From positions 86,676,001 through 86,740,000 of the forward strand of contig OX597819.1 of NCBI GenBank assembly GCA_951406725.2: DNA of 64,000 nucleotides, in the 5' to 3' direction. Below are positions 51,976-64,000 of the stretch, piece by piece. This stretch comes from Octopus vulgaris (Eukaryota). Both the position numbers and the translations under genes were made by a program. The first letter of the stretch is position 1, and every line of letters starts with the position of its first letter. The notes beneath the pieces are model-generated. The model did not search any database, was not told the DNA's origin, and worked only from the letters and a program-made list of their open reading frames with translations.

Positions 51976-52546
51976 ATATTTATACACACACACACACACA
52001 CGCCCTCATTATTTGTTTTCCTGTCCCTATTCCTTCTTGCACTGTATTTTTTGTAATTGTATTTTTATTTTGTATCTGTTTTTAATTGTATTGTTTTTAC
52101 GTCCTGTTTTTGTCACATTTTTTTTCCTTGTTTTTACCCCTCTGCAAAGGAATTATATTTAATTCTTTCGCAGGAAGTACTAGTTCGACGAGACGTGTTC
52201 TGTCCTCACCTTCGAAACACGCTGGAGTTGAACTAGGGACAGCTGATGAAAGGGATTTTTCCTTGTGTAGTTGTCTTGTACTCTATTTTTTCGTTGTTAA
52301 AAAAATGGTCCGTTCCATGCTGTTTTTACTTTTTCGTTTCTCGTTGAGTTCTACGTTTATTTGTGGTGTCCTGTACACACGTATATATTTTTATGTATGC
52401 ATGTATATATACATGTAGATGTAGGTACGTACATATATGTTTGTATGTATGCATATATTTTATTTATTACACTATTGTATGACTGAGCGCCCTCGCGTCG
52501 ATTCGATTCGATTCGTTTCGTTTCGTTTCTCTTTCTTCTCTAAGCT

Positions 52547-52607
<61 letters not shown>

Positions 52608-52664
52608 ATGTATGTATGTATGTATGTATGTATGTATGTATGCATGCATGTATGTATGTATGTA

Positions 52665-52698
<34 letters not shown>

Positions 52699-52756
52699 TA
52701 TACATATTGAAAGAGAGAAATATAAAATATAATGTATATGTATGTATGTATCTGTT

Positions 52757-52795
<39 letters not shown>

Positions 52796-53041
52796 ATAAA
52801 AGAGGTGAGGATGTCAAACATCCGATTCCGCTGGTACAGTCCAAGCAAAGAATATATAAAAAATATGTATATTCAGTATTTGCAGAAGCAATAAATGAAG
52901 TATAAGGAAACGGAAAAAATCGTAGTAGTAAACGATCTTGAATACATAATCCAGGTTGGTACAGATCCAATTTAAATTCTACAAATTGTTTCGAAATCTA
53001 ATTATATATATATATATATATATATACACATACATATATAC

Positions 53042-53072
<31 letters not shown>

Positions 53073-53859
53073 TGTATGTATGTATGTATGTATGTATGTA
53101 TGTATGTATGCATGTGTGTGTGTATAGAGAGATAGAGAGATAAACAAAATTTGAATGTGTCTTTATGTATACATTTATGCGTGTAAAGATCTCGCTGCAC
53201 ATGTAAAGAAAGCCAGATATTTATCATTTTGCTTAAATAAATGAAAGTATTATTGGCTGTATCAGACACAAAACCAATAGGTTACTCAAAGTCGTCACAT
53301 ATAACACCAGATAAATAGAAACATTTCCTGGTTATCATATCAGGCAATATGACAAAAACAAATCATTACTGCGATGATATGAAACAAGAAGTATAGATAA
53401 ACTGATGTAGAACTGAATACATCAACTTGACTTTACTCATGCAGTAAGTTTTCATATATTGTGCGATAATAATTCGTATGACATGAGTAAACGTATTTGA
53501 CTACTGAAAATTTTTTCAGAAATTAAAAGTTTTTAAAAATGTTATGGACTCACTTCATTTTTTATTGCAAAGAGGGCAGGAGAAAATAATGTTCTGTTTG
53601 CAAATTAAACATGTTGAATGCTCAAGTAAAAAGCTGAAATACGAATCTAAACAGTAATCAATTTAATGACTACAAACATATCCGCACACACAAACATACA
53701 AAGTAACTTCTAAATATGCACTCATAAAAAATACAAGCGCAGACACACGTACGCGCGCACACACACACACAAACACGTAAAGACACTGGTAAATGAATTT
53801 ATAAAATAAAATGTGCATATCAAGGAAAATGACTCTTCAAATTTGTAAAATTTAAGCGT

Positions 53860-53990
53860 TATGACTGCACGTGGTTTCAGGTTCAATTCCATTGCGCAAC
53901 ATCTTGGGCAAACGTCTTATACAATAGTACAGGACTGACAAATGTCTTGAGAGTGAATTTAGCTGATGGAAACTTATGGGAGCCTGTCGC
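53860..53990 (+). mobile_element. Degenerate SINE family A head
   Basis: CACGTGGTTTCAGGTTCAATTCCATTGCG..CTTGGGCAAACGTCTT. Confidence 0.65.
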
Positions 53991-54033
53991 GTGCATACCT
54001 ATATACACACATCTATCTATCGATCTATCAATC

Positions 54034-54202
<169 letters not shown>

Positions 54203-54290
54203 TATAATAATATTAGGGAGTAAATCCAAAGTTACAGGGAAAAATTAGATTTAGGATTAAATCAAATCTTATAGCATAAATATATATATA

Positions 54291-54449
54291 TATTAAATTA
54301 GAGATAAAACCACTATTAGGCAAATCAAATTTAAATAATTTAAATTTTGAATTTTATATTTTATATATTTTTTATTAATTAATTTTATTTATATGTATTG
54401 GTTTATGATTTTCACTGTTTGATTTGCCTAATAGTGGTTTTATCTCTAA

Positions 54450-54456
<7 letters not shown>
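54291..54456. repeat. Perfect 39-bp inverted repeat between (TA)n tracts
   Basis: TATTAAATTAGAGATAAAACCACTATTAGGCAAATCAAA (54291-54329) and its exact reverse complement at 54418-54456. Confidence 0.9.
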
Positions 54457-54502
<46 letters not shown>

Positions 54503-54510
<8 letters not shown>

Positions 54511-55285
54511 CGTCCGTCGTTATCAAAGATAACGAATGACATCAAATAGAAGCAGACGAGGGACAGTGTGTTCCACTGTGACCAATCAGTTCGATGCTCG
54601 CTTGGCATGACCTCTTTCTTCTGAGTACTGATTGGGAAGCCAAAGCTGCTACAAAGTAGTTTATACTCTTCTGCATCTGGGCCTTTGTGACGCTGTGAAT
54701 GCGCAGTCATCTGCTAACAAGAAGTCACGCACCGAGCCCTCTTCCACCTTGGTCTTGGCTTGTAGCCTCGGCAAGCTGAAGAGTGTACCATCACTCCTGA
54801 ATCTGATCTAGATGCTGAATTCATCGTCGTTGCTGAAGGCATAAGACAGTATGGCTGAGAACACTATTCCGAACAGTGTAGGTGAGAGTACATAGCCCTG
54901 TTTTACTCCGTTAGTGACTGGGAATGCATCGGAAGAATTTCCACTGTCCAGTAACCGAGCGAGAATTCTGTAGTGAAACTGAAACACCATGCTAATGAAT
55001 TTGTCCGATGAGGAAATTCAGAAGCCGCTCAATGAGAAGCATGAGGCCAGCAGAGTCTTTCAACAAGACAGTACATCAGCTTTCAAGAAATCATCCTACA
55101 ACGCCACTAAAAGCAAAATACATGTTACGCTGAAAGAGACGAAAGATTCCTAGCTTAGGAACAAGACTGATGAGTTACAGAAGAATGTTGACATCAACAA
55201 TTTAAAGTGCTTCTACGATGCCCTGAAAACCATCTACGGGCCACAGTCGTCCGGAGTATTACCACTGCTCACTGCTCAGGGCTTT
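54503..55285 (-). mobile_element. RTE-BovB-like LINE with inverted 5' segment
   Basis: Minus strand: FPVTNGVKQGYVLSPTLFGIVFS, RDFLLADDCA and a BovB-like tail. Plus strand 55007-55285: DEEIQKPLNEKH..FYDALKTIYGPQSSG..PLL. Confidence 0.85.
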
Positions 55286-55649
55286 GGAAGATCAAGGGAA
55301 AGCTCGGCTGCCCGTCAAATATTGGGTTATATTACAATATATCCCTGTTACGGAGCTTACCATTGGGGCAGATTACATTTGTTATTAGGACATTCACCCT
55401 CTTATATAAAGGAATTTCTATTGGGTTTGACATTTATTTTCTTCTTCCTATTCAGCTTGCTTAAATTTTTCATATAGTGCGATTGTGCTGGATCTTTATT
55501 TTAGTTTTTTCCTTAACCTTATTAGTTCTACTAGTCATACTATTTTAAGAGGTATTTATTATTCTTTTTTTTTTCAGTATTTGTAGATTTAAAATTACTC
55601 TTGTTTGTTATCACCTTTCCTATCCATATATCATTTCTTTCTTTCTTTT

Positions 55650-56052
55650 TTCTTTTTACTTGTTTCAATCATTTGACTGCGGCCATGCTGGAGCACCGCC
55701 TTTCATCGAGCAACTCGACCCCGGGACTTATTCTTTTGTAAGCCCAGTACTTATTTTATCGGTCTTTTTTGCCGAACCGCTAAGTAACGGGGACATAAAC
55801 ACACCAGCATCGGTTGTCAAGCAATGCTAGGGGGACAAATACAGACACACAAACACACACACGCATATATATATATATATACATATATACGACGGGCTTC
55901 TTTCAGTTTCCGTCTACCAAATCCACTCACAAGGCTTTGGTCGGCCCGAGGCTATAGTAGAAGACACTTGCCCAAGGTGCCACGCAGTGGGATTGAACCC
56001 GAAACCATGTGGCTGGTAAACAAGCTACTTACCACACAGCCACTCCTGCGCC
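55650..56052 (-). mobile_element. SINE family A (young, full length)
   Basis: Closely collinear with 3155-3572. Confidence 0.92.
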
Positions 56053-57531
56053 TATATATTTTTCATAACTATGCTTATTCGTCTTCTGTTTTCAGTCATT
56101 CTTATTCATTCCTACTATCCTATATTCATTCTTCTTAAATGCTCCGTATCAGTACTGCTAAAATGCTCTCTTGTTAGAAGACATATATACTGATATACAT
56201 GTGTGTGTGTGTGTGTGTGTGTGCATATATGGCGAGGGTGAGAGCGAAACAATGAGAGAAATATGTTTTGATTTAATTAGATTCTTATATGATACATCCT
56301 AAATACGGAAATAATAGTAATAGCAGAAATGATCAAGCAAACTTTGAGTGATATGAAACATTTGTTTGTACTTTCAACATATATTAAGTTTGATTTACAA
56401 AAGTATGCCATTATTATCACGTAAGCTGGGTATATTTCTTTAGAATAGAATTAATCTAACTAGACTTTGTTATTTACCATGTTTGATCGAATTCTAAAGA
56501 AAAAAAATTCCAAAACCTAACGGTGTAATATATTCTGAGAATATATGAAACTTTTCCTCCCAAAATAATCTCATGCATATATAATTATTCTTTATTATGT
56601 ATTCTTTATTATGTTGTGTCTACAAAATAACTAAAACTCAAATAGTGGAGTCATTTTAGTTGAACATTTCCTCCTGGTGGGATTTGACTAGAAGAGATAA
56701 GAAAAAATACCGACAAAACATATATAAGTGTAATGTACGCATATACACTGATTTACGAATCTATATCAACAAATGAACGTGTATTTTTGTAAAAGAGCCT
56801 ACTACATTATTTTCAATCGGTTTAAGCAAAAGAAAAATTACATTATTTCTTTTTAGTCATGAAAATTCATAGACAGTCATCATCTCACAACTCTATTATT
56901 AAAGGGGGCACGGATTGTCTCTATTATCTTTGACTATGTTTCAAATCAATCGTTGTTAATATGATCACAAGATCTAATTTCCATTTCCATGATGCGATAA
57001 AAAAATTCGTATGCTCTTTCTCACGATGCAAAGAAACCTGGCGCGGACTTGAATTGAAGCGCGATGACCATGAAGTCCAGAACTAAATCCATTCAACCTG
57101 CTCTATATCCGTTCTACGTTTTCACATCACATGCAGTTTTATTTTGTGTTAAACATAATTGGAGAATATCATATTTCCCAATCGATGTTATGTGTAGAAC
57201 TAAGAGCTAAAAGAACGAATAGAAAAATCTCTAAGAAGGTACTGATTAAACGTACGCACGCACGCAAGTATACGTACCTAGAATATATTTGAGTTCGAAT
57301 ATCGAGCAACTACACCTTAAAAGTTGCAGCAGTTAAATTAATTTCAGGAACTGCTTCTTCAAAAGTATAAACTAATTTCAAAGAGGCTGAGAGAATGCTG
57401 CCAACTGCCACTAATGTGTTTACATAACTTTGTTATAGTTGCAATATCATTGGGGAATAAAAAACTATCAGATAAAATGAAAATTATTGATCTAAAGAAC
57501 TTGAAGAAATCCTGTACATCGAGTCAAAACC

Positions 57532-57647
57532 TAAATTTGTACGTTCTGCATTAACGATAAAGCCTTATTAATTTGTACTGTCTTCATTAACGATAGACCC
57601 TCGTTAATTCTCAGTATTTTCATTAACGAGGGAGCTTCATTAATTTG
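57532..57647. repeat. 36-bp-period tandem array of palindromic units
   Basis: CATTAACGA at 57549, 57585 and 57621, each followed by a TCGTTAAT-like inverted half. Confidence 0.75.
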
Positions 57648-58776
57648 CCTGTTTGATATAGCAGTCAAGCGTCCATCGAATTATACTCTCAAATTTCCAT
57701 TACATGTATAAGGTGATTACGGTTGAAATACCTTTTATCATAGAGCTGATAGACCAGAGTTGACTAATTACAATGAGTCGTAATATTTCATATTGGAATT
57801 GGCATGATTATTATTCACTGAGAATAACACTAACTAATATAATTTATTCCATAACACTTGAGTGTGACATCAGATAACATCTTCTGTTACCATTTGATTG
57901 AACAACTGACGAAACATTAGTTTTTTTTATGTCTCTGTTAAAAACAACAATAACAGCAACATTTTCTTAAGAGAAATTGAAAGCAAGTATATTTCGAGGG
58001 CCTGAAATTAGTAAAAGATGAACTATTTAAAAGTTTGCTCAAACCAGATGAGTAAAATTTCTTGGTAGCATTCACAGAAGTTGGGTAAAATTTGATCGGT
58101 AACAACAGTTTCGAAACCTACGAAGATCTGGTGAATAAGTTACGTTTTCCCCCAGAAGCTGGTATGTAATATGAATACTAAAGTGCATTTACTCCTAGCC
58201 ATTTAAACAACTTCTTTGATAATTTAGCAGCTGCTTTTCGAGAACAATGGTTTCGAAAAAAAAAAACTATAGAAAACAGGGAAAAGAAAAAGATAACAGG
58301 AGCGGTGAAATACAAATACTATGGCAGACTATTGTTAATATCTAATGAGAGAACAAAACAACGTTCGACAATCTAAAAAGATAAAATACTTCCTCAAATA
58401 TGGCAGTTCCGGACTAATCTTTCGACATCTTCAAACCTTGAATCAGTAATATAGAATAAACAGATTTCGTTAGCTAGGAAACGCTGGTTACTATTTCATG
58501 TATTATTTCAAGCTTTTGCTTGATGGAACTACTACATTAGTGTAATAAAAACATGCTAACTTTTAATAGATCTTTGCAAAATATATGCAATTTTCTCATA
58601 TATAAAAGCAATGTAGTGCATAAACGTAGGTGAAAAGGGTTAGATATTGTCGTAAAACAGTTAAAATGACTATTCTAACTACTACACAGAATGATTGCAA
58701 CTTCAAATATATGAATTATATATGCACTGTATTGTATCACACCGGGTTTCTCTCTCTCTCTTTCTTACTTTCTCTG

Positions 58777-58777
<1 letters not shown>

Positions 58778-58851
<74 letters not shown>

Positions 58852-58870
58852 CTCTCTCTCTCCCTCTCTC
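58778..58870. repeat. (TTTC)n-(TC)n microsatellite
   Basis: Directly visible. Confidence 0.95.
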
Positions 58871-58920
58871 AAAAAAAAAAACACCTGGTGTAATTCTAAA
58901 AGAAGGTAAAATCAACTTCC

Positions 58921-59603
58921 AAATTAGGTTATGTGGTCAGCTTTCATGGGAATATCAAAATTTTTGATTCAAAATGTATTCCATTCCCATTATTAATTGT
59001 GATATTCTGGGATGGTGATATATAAAGTAGTCAAAAGTATTTTCTTATCACAAGTGACTATGACCAGGCCCGAATATTAGTAGATTTAACCAAAAATAAG
59101 TATCAACATTGTCCAAGGCTTTCTCTAAATAAGAACCTACAAAATATATGTAAATGCACGTACACACTCACATGATATACATGTATATTTATAGACATAA
59201 AATAGTATACTAAATATTTAACAAACCAAATATCTACTCTCTTGGCTTGAACAAAACAAATGTATTTTTCCGTAGGACACAAAGTTTTATAAAGTTAATT
59301 ATTATCTCACAAAATTGTCATTAATCATATGTAACGCGAATATTCTCTCATTACGGTGCGAATCTAGCCAGGAGATCTAATATCTTTGCCACAATTACAA
59401 AGTTGGAAAATTGATTAGCTTCTTGCGAAATATTTACAATTATAGGAATAAGTAGGGTGTGCTAGTCAATTACATCACACCGCCGTTGCTCGACTGCTTC
59501 TAATTTTAATGACTCCGAAAAGATGACAAGCAAAGTTGGCCTCGGCGAATTTGAGCTCAGAACATAAAGATAGACTGGCTAGGCTTTAAAAGGGTGCAAT
59601 TTT

Positions 59604-59688
<85 letters not shown>

Positions 59689-60620
59689 CACGTGACCGAA
59701 TAGTCCATCAGCTGGTTAAAATGCGTTCGCATTGTTTTAGCCTTCGAATGACGCCACCCCGCTGGCTAAGCGAGCAGGCCAACAGAAGAAAGAGTGGGAG
59801 AAAGAGTGGTGAAAGATTACAGCAGGGAACGTCGTGGAGCTTTTAGCTGTTTTCGCTTAATAAACACTCACAACGCCCGGTCTGGGAATCGAAACCACGA
59901 TCCTATGACCGCGAGTCCGCTGCCCTAACCACTGGGCCACATATATATGTATCTATATATATATATATAGTCTATCTTTACGTTCTGAGCTCAAATTCGC
60001 CGAGGCTAACTTTGCTTGTCATCTTTTCGGAGTCATTAAAATTAGAAGCAGTCGAGCAACGGCGGTGTGATGTAATTGACTAGCACACCCTACTTATTCC
60101 TATAATTGTAAATATTTCGCAAGAAGCTAATCAATTTTCCAACTTTGTAATTGTGGCAAAGATATTAGATCTCCTGGCTAGATTCGCACCGTAATGAGAG
60201 AATATTCGCGTTACATATGATTAATGACAATTTTGCGAGATAATAATTAACTTTATAAAACTTTGTGTCCTACGGAAAAATACATTTGTTTTGTTCAAGC
60301 CAAGAGAGTAGATATTTGGTTTGTTAAATATTTAGTAGACTATTTTATGACTATAAATATACATATATATCATGTGAGTGTGTACGTGCATTTACATATA
60401 TTTTGTAGGTTCTTATTTAGAGAAAGCCTTGGACAATGTTGACACTTATTTTTGGTTAAATCTACTAATATTCGTGGCTGGTCATAGTCACTTGTGATAA
60501 GAAAATACTTTTGACTACTTTATATATCACCATCCCAGAATATCACAATTAATAATGGGAATGGAATACATTTTGAATCAAAAAGTTTGATATTCCCATG
60601 AAAGCTGACCACGTAACCTA

Positions 60621-60624
<4 letters not shown>
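58921..60624. repeat. 656-bp inverted duplication with 392-bp spacer
   Basis: 58921-59576 is the reverse complement of 59969-60624, with roughly a dozen substitutions by eye and equal arm lengths. Confidence 0.95.
59686..59940 (-). mobile_element. SINE with family D head and an alternative 3' half
   Basis: Shares head and body with 50379-50760 up to CTCTTTCTTC, then diverges to GGCCTGCTCGCTTAGCCAGCGGGG..GGTCACGTGATC. Confidence 0.8.
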
Positions 60625-60673
<49 letters not shown>

Positions 60674-61485
60674 GTCATATTTTGACATTTATAGGCATTT
60701 TTATGGATCACGTCCAGTATTCGCAGGTAGTCTAGGAACCTAAAACCAATGAATACCAGGGGACTACTGTATAGTAATATTTAGTGAAGCCTCTTGTATC
60801 TTCCACACTCTGTACTACACTTTGAACCAGATTTTGATTAAATGAATTGGATTTTCGGAAAATTTCATTCCTTTATTTGCTCAATTGTTTTCATCGGCTC
60901 TGGCCTTATCTGAATTTACCCGAAAAGTATTCTTGCGGTGCTTCATGGTTTTTGTAGCGCTATTCTTCCTCTATAACTTTTACTTTTCGTTTTTGAGTTG
61001 TGAATTAAATTTTAAAAATCGTTGATATAAGAATTAAAATAAATGGTGGTGGGGACACAAACTCAATATAAAATTAAAAAAAAGGACACAACATTTAAAC
61101 AGACACGCGTGATTACACGTGCGCGCGACACACAGACACAGACACACACACACACACACACACACATACGAAGATATGCGCTATCACGTGACGTTATTTA
61201 GAAATATTGTTTTAAAAAACTACTAAAATTAACTAAATTTATAAAGCACTTCTTAAAATCTATAACGATGTTTTCTGAAAGACTGGAAGACAGTGTTTCC
61301 AATTGGCAACGGCGTGTAAATATGTTTGTTCGGGTTTCACTGTCTTTGGGGAATACAGAAATTAAGAGGGAAAATGAGAATTCCTCTACGTCGTGCCAAA
61401 ACCAGATTCTGTACTGCCTTTGTATTTACAGAATACCCAAGATATCCTTTACCTCTACAAGAATCATTGAAAAGAATTATATTAA

Positions 61486-61705
61486 CCCTTTAGTGTTCAG
61501 ATTATTCTGACAAATGTGATGTTTGTTTATTTAAAATGGTTTGAATTAATCATGTATTATCTTGTAGTTTAGAGATTTCAGTGATGTAATTTTTTAGTTG
61601 TAGAATGACATGGTAGGGCTGAGGTGAGAGGCGAGATCTGGTCAGTTTCAATATAAAACAGGTTAAATATTTTGGCCAGATATGGCCGGTTTGAATGCTA
61701 AAGGG
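61486..61705. mobile_element. piggyBac-type MITE
   Basis: TTAA|CCCTTTAGTGTTCAGA ... TTTGAATGCTAAAGGG|TTAA: TTAA TSD and CCC-starting TIRs. Confidence 0.85.
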
Positions 61706-61844
61706 TTAACAAACAACATTTATGTCACAATGGGTCTTTATGACGTCGAAGGACAGATTGAGTTTATGATTTAATTGAGTTGTTAACTAGGCATTAAATG
61801 TTTTTGTTTTTTGCTATTTCAGTTCGGATAAAGACAACATACAA

Positions 61845-62045
61845 GCAGAATCATTATCGCGCCGGGAAAAATGCTTAGCAACATTTCGTCCGTTTTCACG
61901 TTCTAAGTTAGAATTCCGCCGAGGTCGACTTTGTCTTTCAACCTTTCGTAGTCGATAAAATAAGTACTAGTTGAGCACTGGGGTCGGTGTAATTGACTTA
62001 CCCATTCTCTCAAGCATGCTGGCCTTGTGCCCAAATTTGAAATCC
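61845..62045 (+). mobile_element. SINE family C monomer
   Basis: AAATGCTTAGC..ATTCCGCCGAGGTCGACTTTG..GGCCTTGTGCCCAAATTTGAAA. Confidence 0.82.
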
Positions 62046-62157
62046 TTCGAAATAAATTTGACCTTTCATCTTTTCGAATGGTCTAGAGGTTAGAATTCAT
62101 GTCTACCACCTGCGAAGCCCCATTTCGAATCCTAGGGTGGGAATGCATTACTTTTAA

Positions 62158-63196
62158 GCGCAGGCATGGTTGTGTGGCTATGAAGCTCGCTTTGCTGTAC
62201 GTAGCTTTGGGCTCAGTCCCACTGCGCAGTGCTTTGGGTAGGTATCTTCTACTAGAGCCGCTCCCGGCCGATCAATGCTTTGTGAGTGAATGTGTGTGGA
62301 AAAAACCACTAAGGCATCACGGAAACCAACTGATGAGAAAATCAGCTGCCAATGTTCCTTGTATCGTGTTTTTGTCTCCCTTTTCTGTCCGTTATGTTTT
62401 CACTCAGTTTTCCTATTTTTTTCCCTTCCCTGTCTAACTTTTGAAATATTCATTACAGCGCAACGCACCCCGTTTGGTTAATTAGCTGTAAAAAAATATT
62501 CGCTGAATATTTTTAGTGCGACTCTTAGCTCATTCTTCCCTTCCTCTTTCTTCTCTATTTTTTCTTTTTTCCTTAATTGCCTTCCTTGGACCCTGTCTTC
62601 TCTCTCTCTCCTTCCTTCTCTCTTATTCTTCAACCCCTCTCTTTCCCTATCTCATTCCTTAATACCTCAATTCCCCTTCCTCTCTCCTATCACGCGTCGT
62701 TCTTCTTCGGCCTGCTGTTGACCTAACCAGACACGTTTGTGTTCTGACCGTCAAGGACTTTTTCCGTTTCTTTGTGCTACCTCTCTACGTCTGTCTTGAT
62801 AGCCGGAAAGGCCTTTTCTGTTTGTATTGTATTGCTTTAGTACTGTATACGTATAATTATTCTTATTGCCTCCTGTACAGCCATAAGGTATTTTCTATTG
62901 TGTATGTACCATACCATGTCTGTTATATCATACCATTATTTCTTATTGAACACGCGATCGTATTTTGACTTGTCCTCGCACACATTTGTCAGCTTTTTCC
63001 TGCAACTCTATGCTCTGGCGTTTCCGTCAGATAACAGTGGTTTTGGCTTAAATAGCGTGAAACCACTAAGGCGTCTCGGAAACCAACTAATGAGAAAACC
63101 AGCTGCGAATGTTCCTTGTATCTTGTTTGTCTCCCACTTCCGTTATGTTTTCCCCCAGTTTTCGTCTATTTTCCCCTTCACTGTCTAACTTTTGAA

Positions 63197-63280
<84 letters not shown>

Positions 63281-63445
63281 CTGTTTGACCTCCTCCCAGT
63301 TACTGGTTTGTGAGCACTTCGACAAAATGGATTAACATAGTCAGGATACCAGACTTAAAAATTAGTGTTGGGGTTTGAGTTGTCTGCCTGAACTCTTCAA
63401 GTCGGTGCTTCAGTATGATCACAGTCCTATGACTGAAACCAGTAA
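62158..63445 (+). mobile_element. SINE family A split by a ~900-bp insert with ~140-bp terminal direct repeats
   Basis: Head 62158-62300; tail 63280-63445; AAACCACTAAGGC...CTGTCTAACTTTTGAAAT occurs at both 62303-62447 and 63061-63198. Confidence 0.7.
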
Positions 63446-64000
63446 ATAATAAGGTACCAGTCAAGTACCAAGTACTGAGCTCTATATGACTAATAGTATT
63501 ATTGAAATATCATCCAAGTGCATGTCCTTGTGCTAATGCTTGAAATTATTATTTTTGTTTAGGGGAAATGCATTTTGGTAATCATACAGTTAGCAATATT
63601 TCGTCTTGGCATCTCTAAAAGAATGAAAATAATATACACAATAAGTAATTTATTTATTTCCTTGGGGCACTACAACATCTAAAATTTCTTTTATTACTGA
63701 ATTATAATAACAATTTTGCAATGCTCCAAGAAAATATGAAAATTGTCCTTTGCTCATAAATTATTTTAGCCAAACATTAATCTTGTTCCTTTTTATTTGT
63801 TTCGCTTTGTTTTTCCATCCTTTCGATTTCTATAAAATGAGTGTCATGAGGTTGAGAAACTATAAAACAAATATCACTTAAGTAATAATGTTGACATAAT
63901 CGATTATTGCATCGTGCTGTATGTATAACCTTGTACTAATATATGAAATCAATTTTAATATATTTTTCCTTCTCCCGGCGGTCAATATAATAAAATACAG

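Noticed and set aside
52195-52270. CGAAAC ... CTGATGA as a type II hammerhead
   Set aside because: Stems I and III and an NUH site could not be paired convincingly. The same applies to CTGATGAG at ~62330 and CTGAAGA at ~31294 and ~39432 (rc).
57532-57647. CRISPR-like repeat-spacer appearance
   Set aside because: Only three units with a 36-bp period, linkers related to each other, a eukaryotic context and no cas genes.
61090-61510. CACGTG E-boxes and the 80-aa ORF 61268-61510
   Set aside because: Short motifs are expected by chance near (CA)n; the ORF has no recognisable domain and ends inside a piggyBac-type MITE.

Overview
AT-rich, repeat-saturated eukaryotic DNA with no recognisable intact host protein-coding gene. 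The SINE repertoire and microsatellite load suggest an octopus (coleoid cephalopod) genome; this is an inference. Nearly all ORFs in the supplied track are translations of (TA)n/(CA)n/(TACA)n/(TTC)n microsatellites or fragments of decayed transposons. Resolvable content: (i) at least five SINE-like families, four with tRNA-derived heads; (ii) non-LTR fragments of the CR1-like, RTE/BovB, L1/Tx1, R4/Dong and HERO-like clades; (iii) several Penelope-like elements (PLEs); (iv) mariner, Tc1, Academ, piggyBac-, hAT- and Tc2/pogo-type remnants or MITEs, non-autonomous Helitrons, and a solo LTR with a 4-bp TSD. The most interesting signals are non-coding: an apparently intact type I hammerhead ribozyme (core 24769-24841) with several minimal or degenerate hammerhead motifs, often in palindromic cassettes beside microsatellites; a 656-bp, ~98% identical inverted duplication (58921-60624); a LINE/SINE shared 3' tail with compensatory stem changes; multimeric SINEs joined at a fixed point in the tRNA-like loop; and a CCAAT/TATA promoter-like island (21520-21720). 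Family assignments come from recalled motifs, not database searches. Boundaries of decayed elements are approximate.
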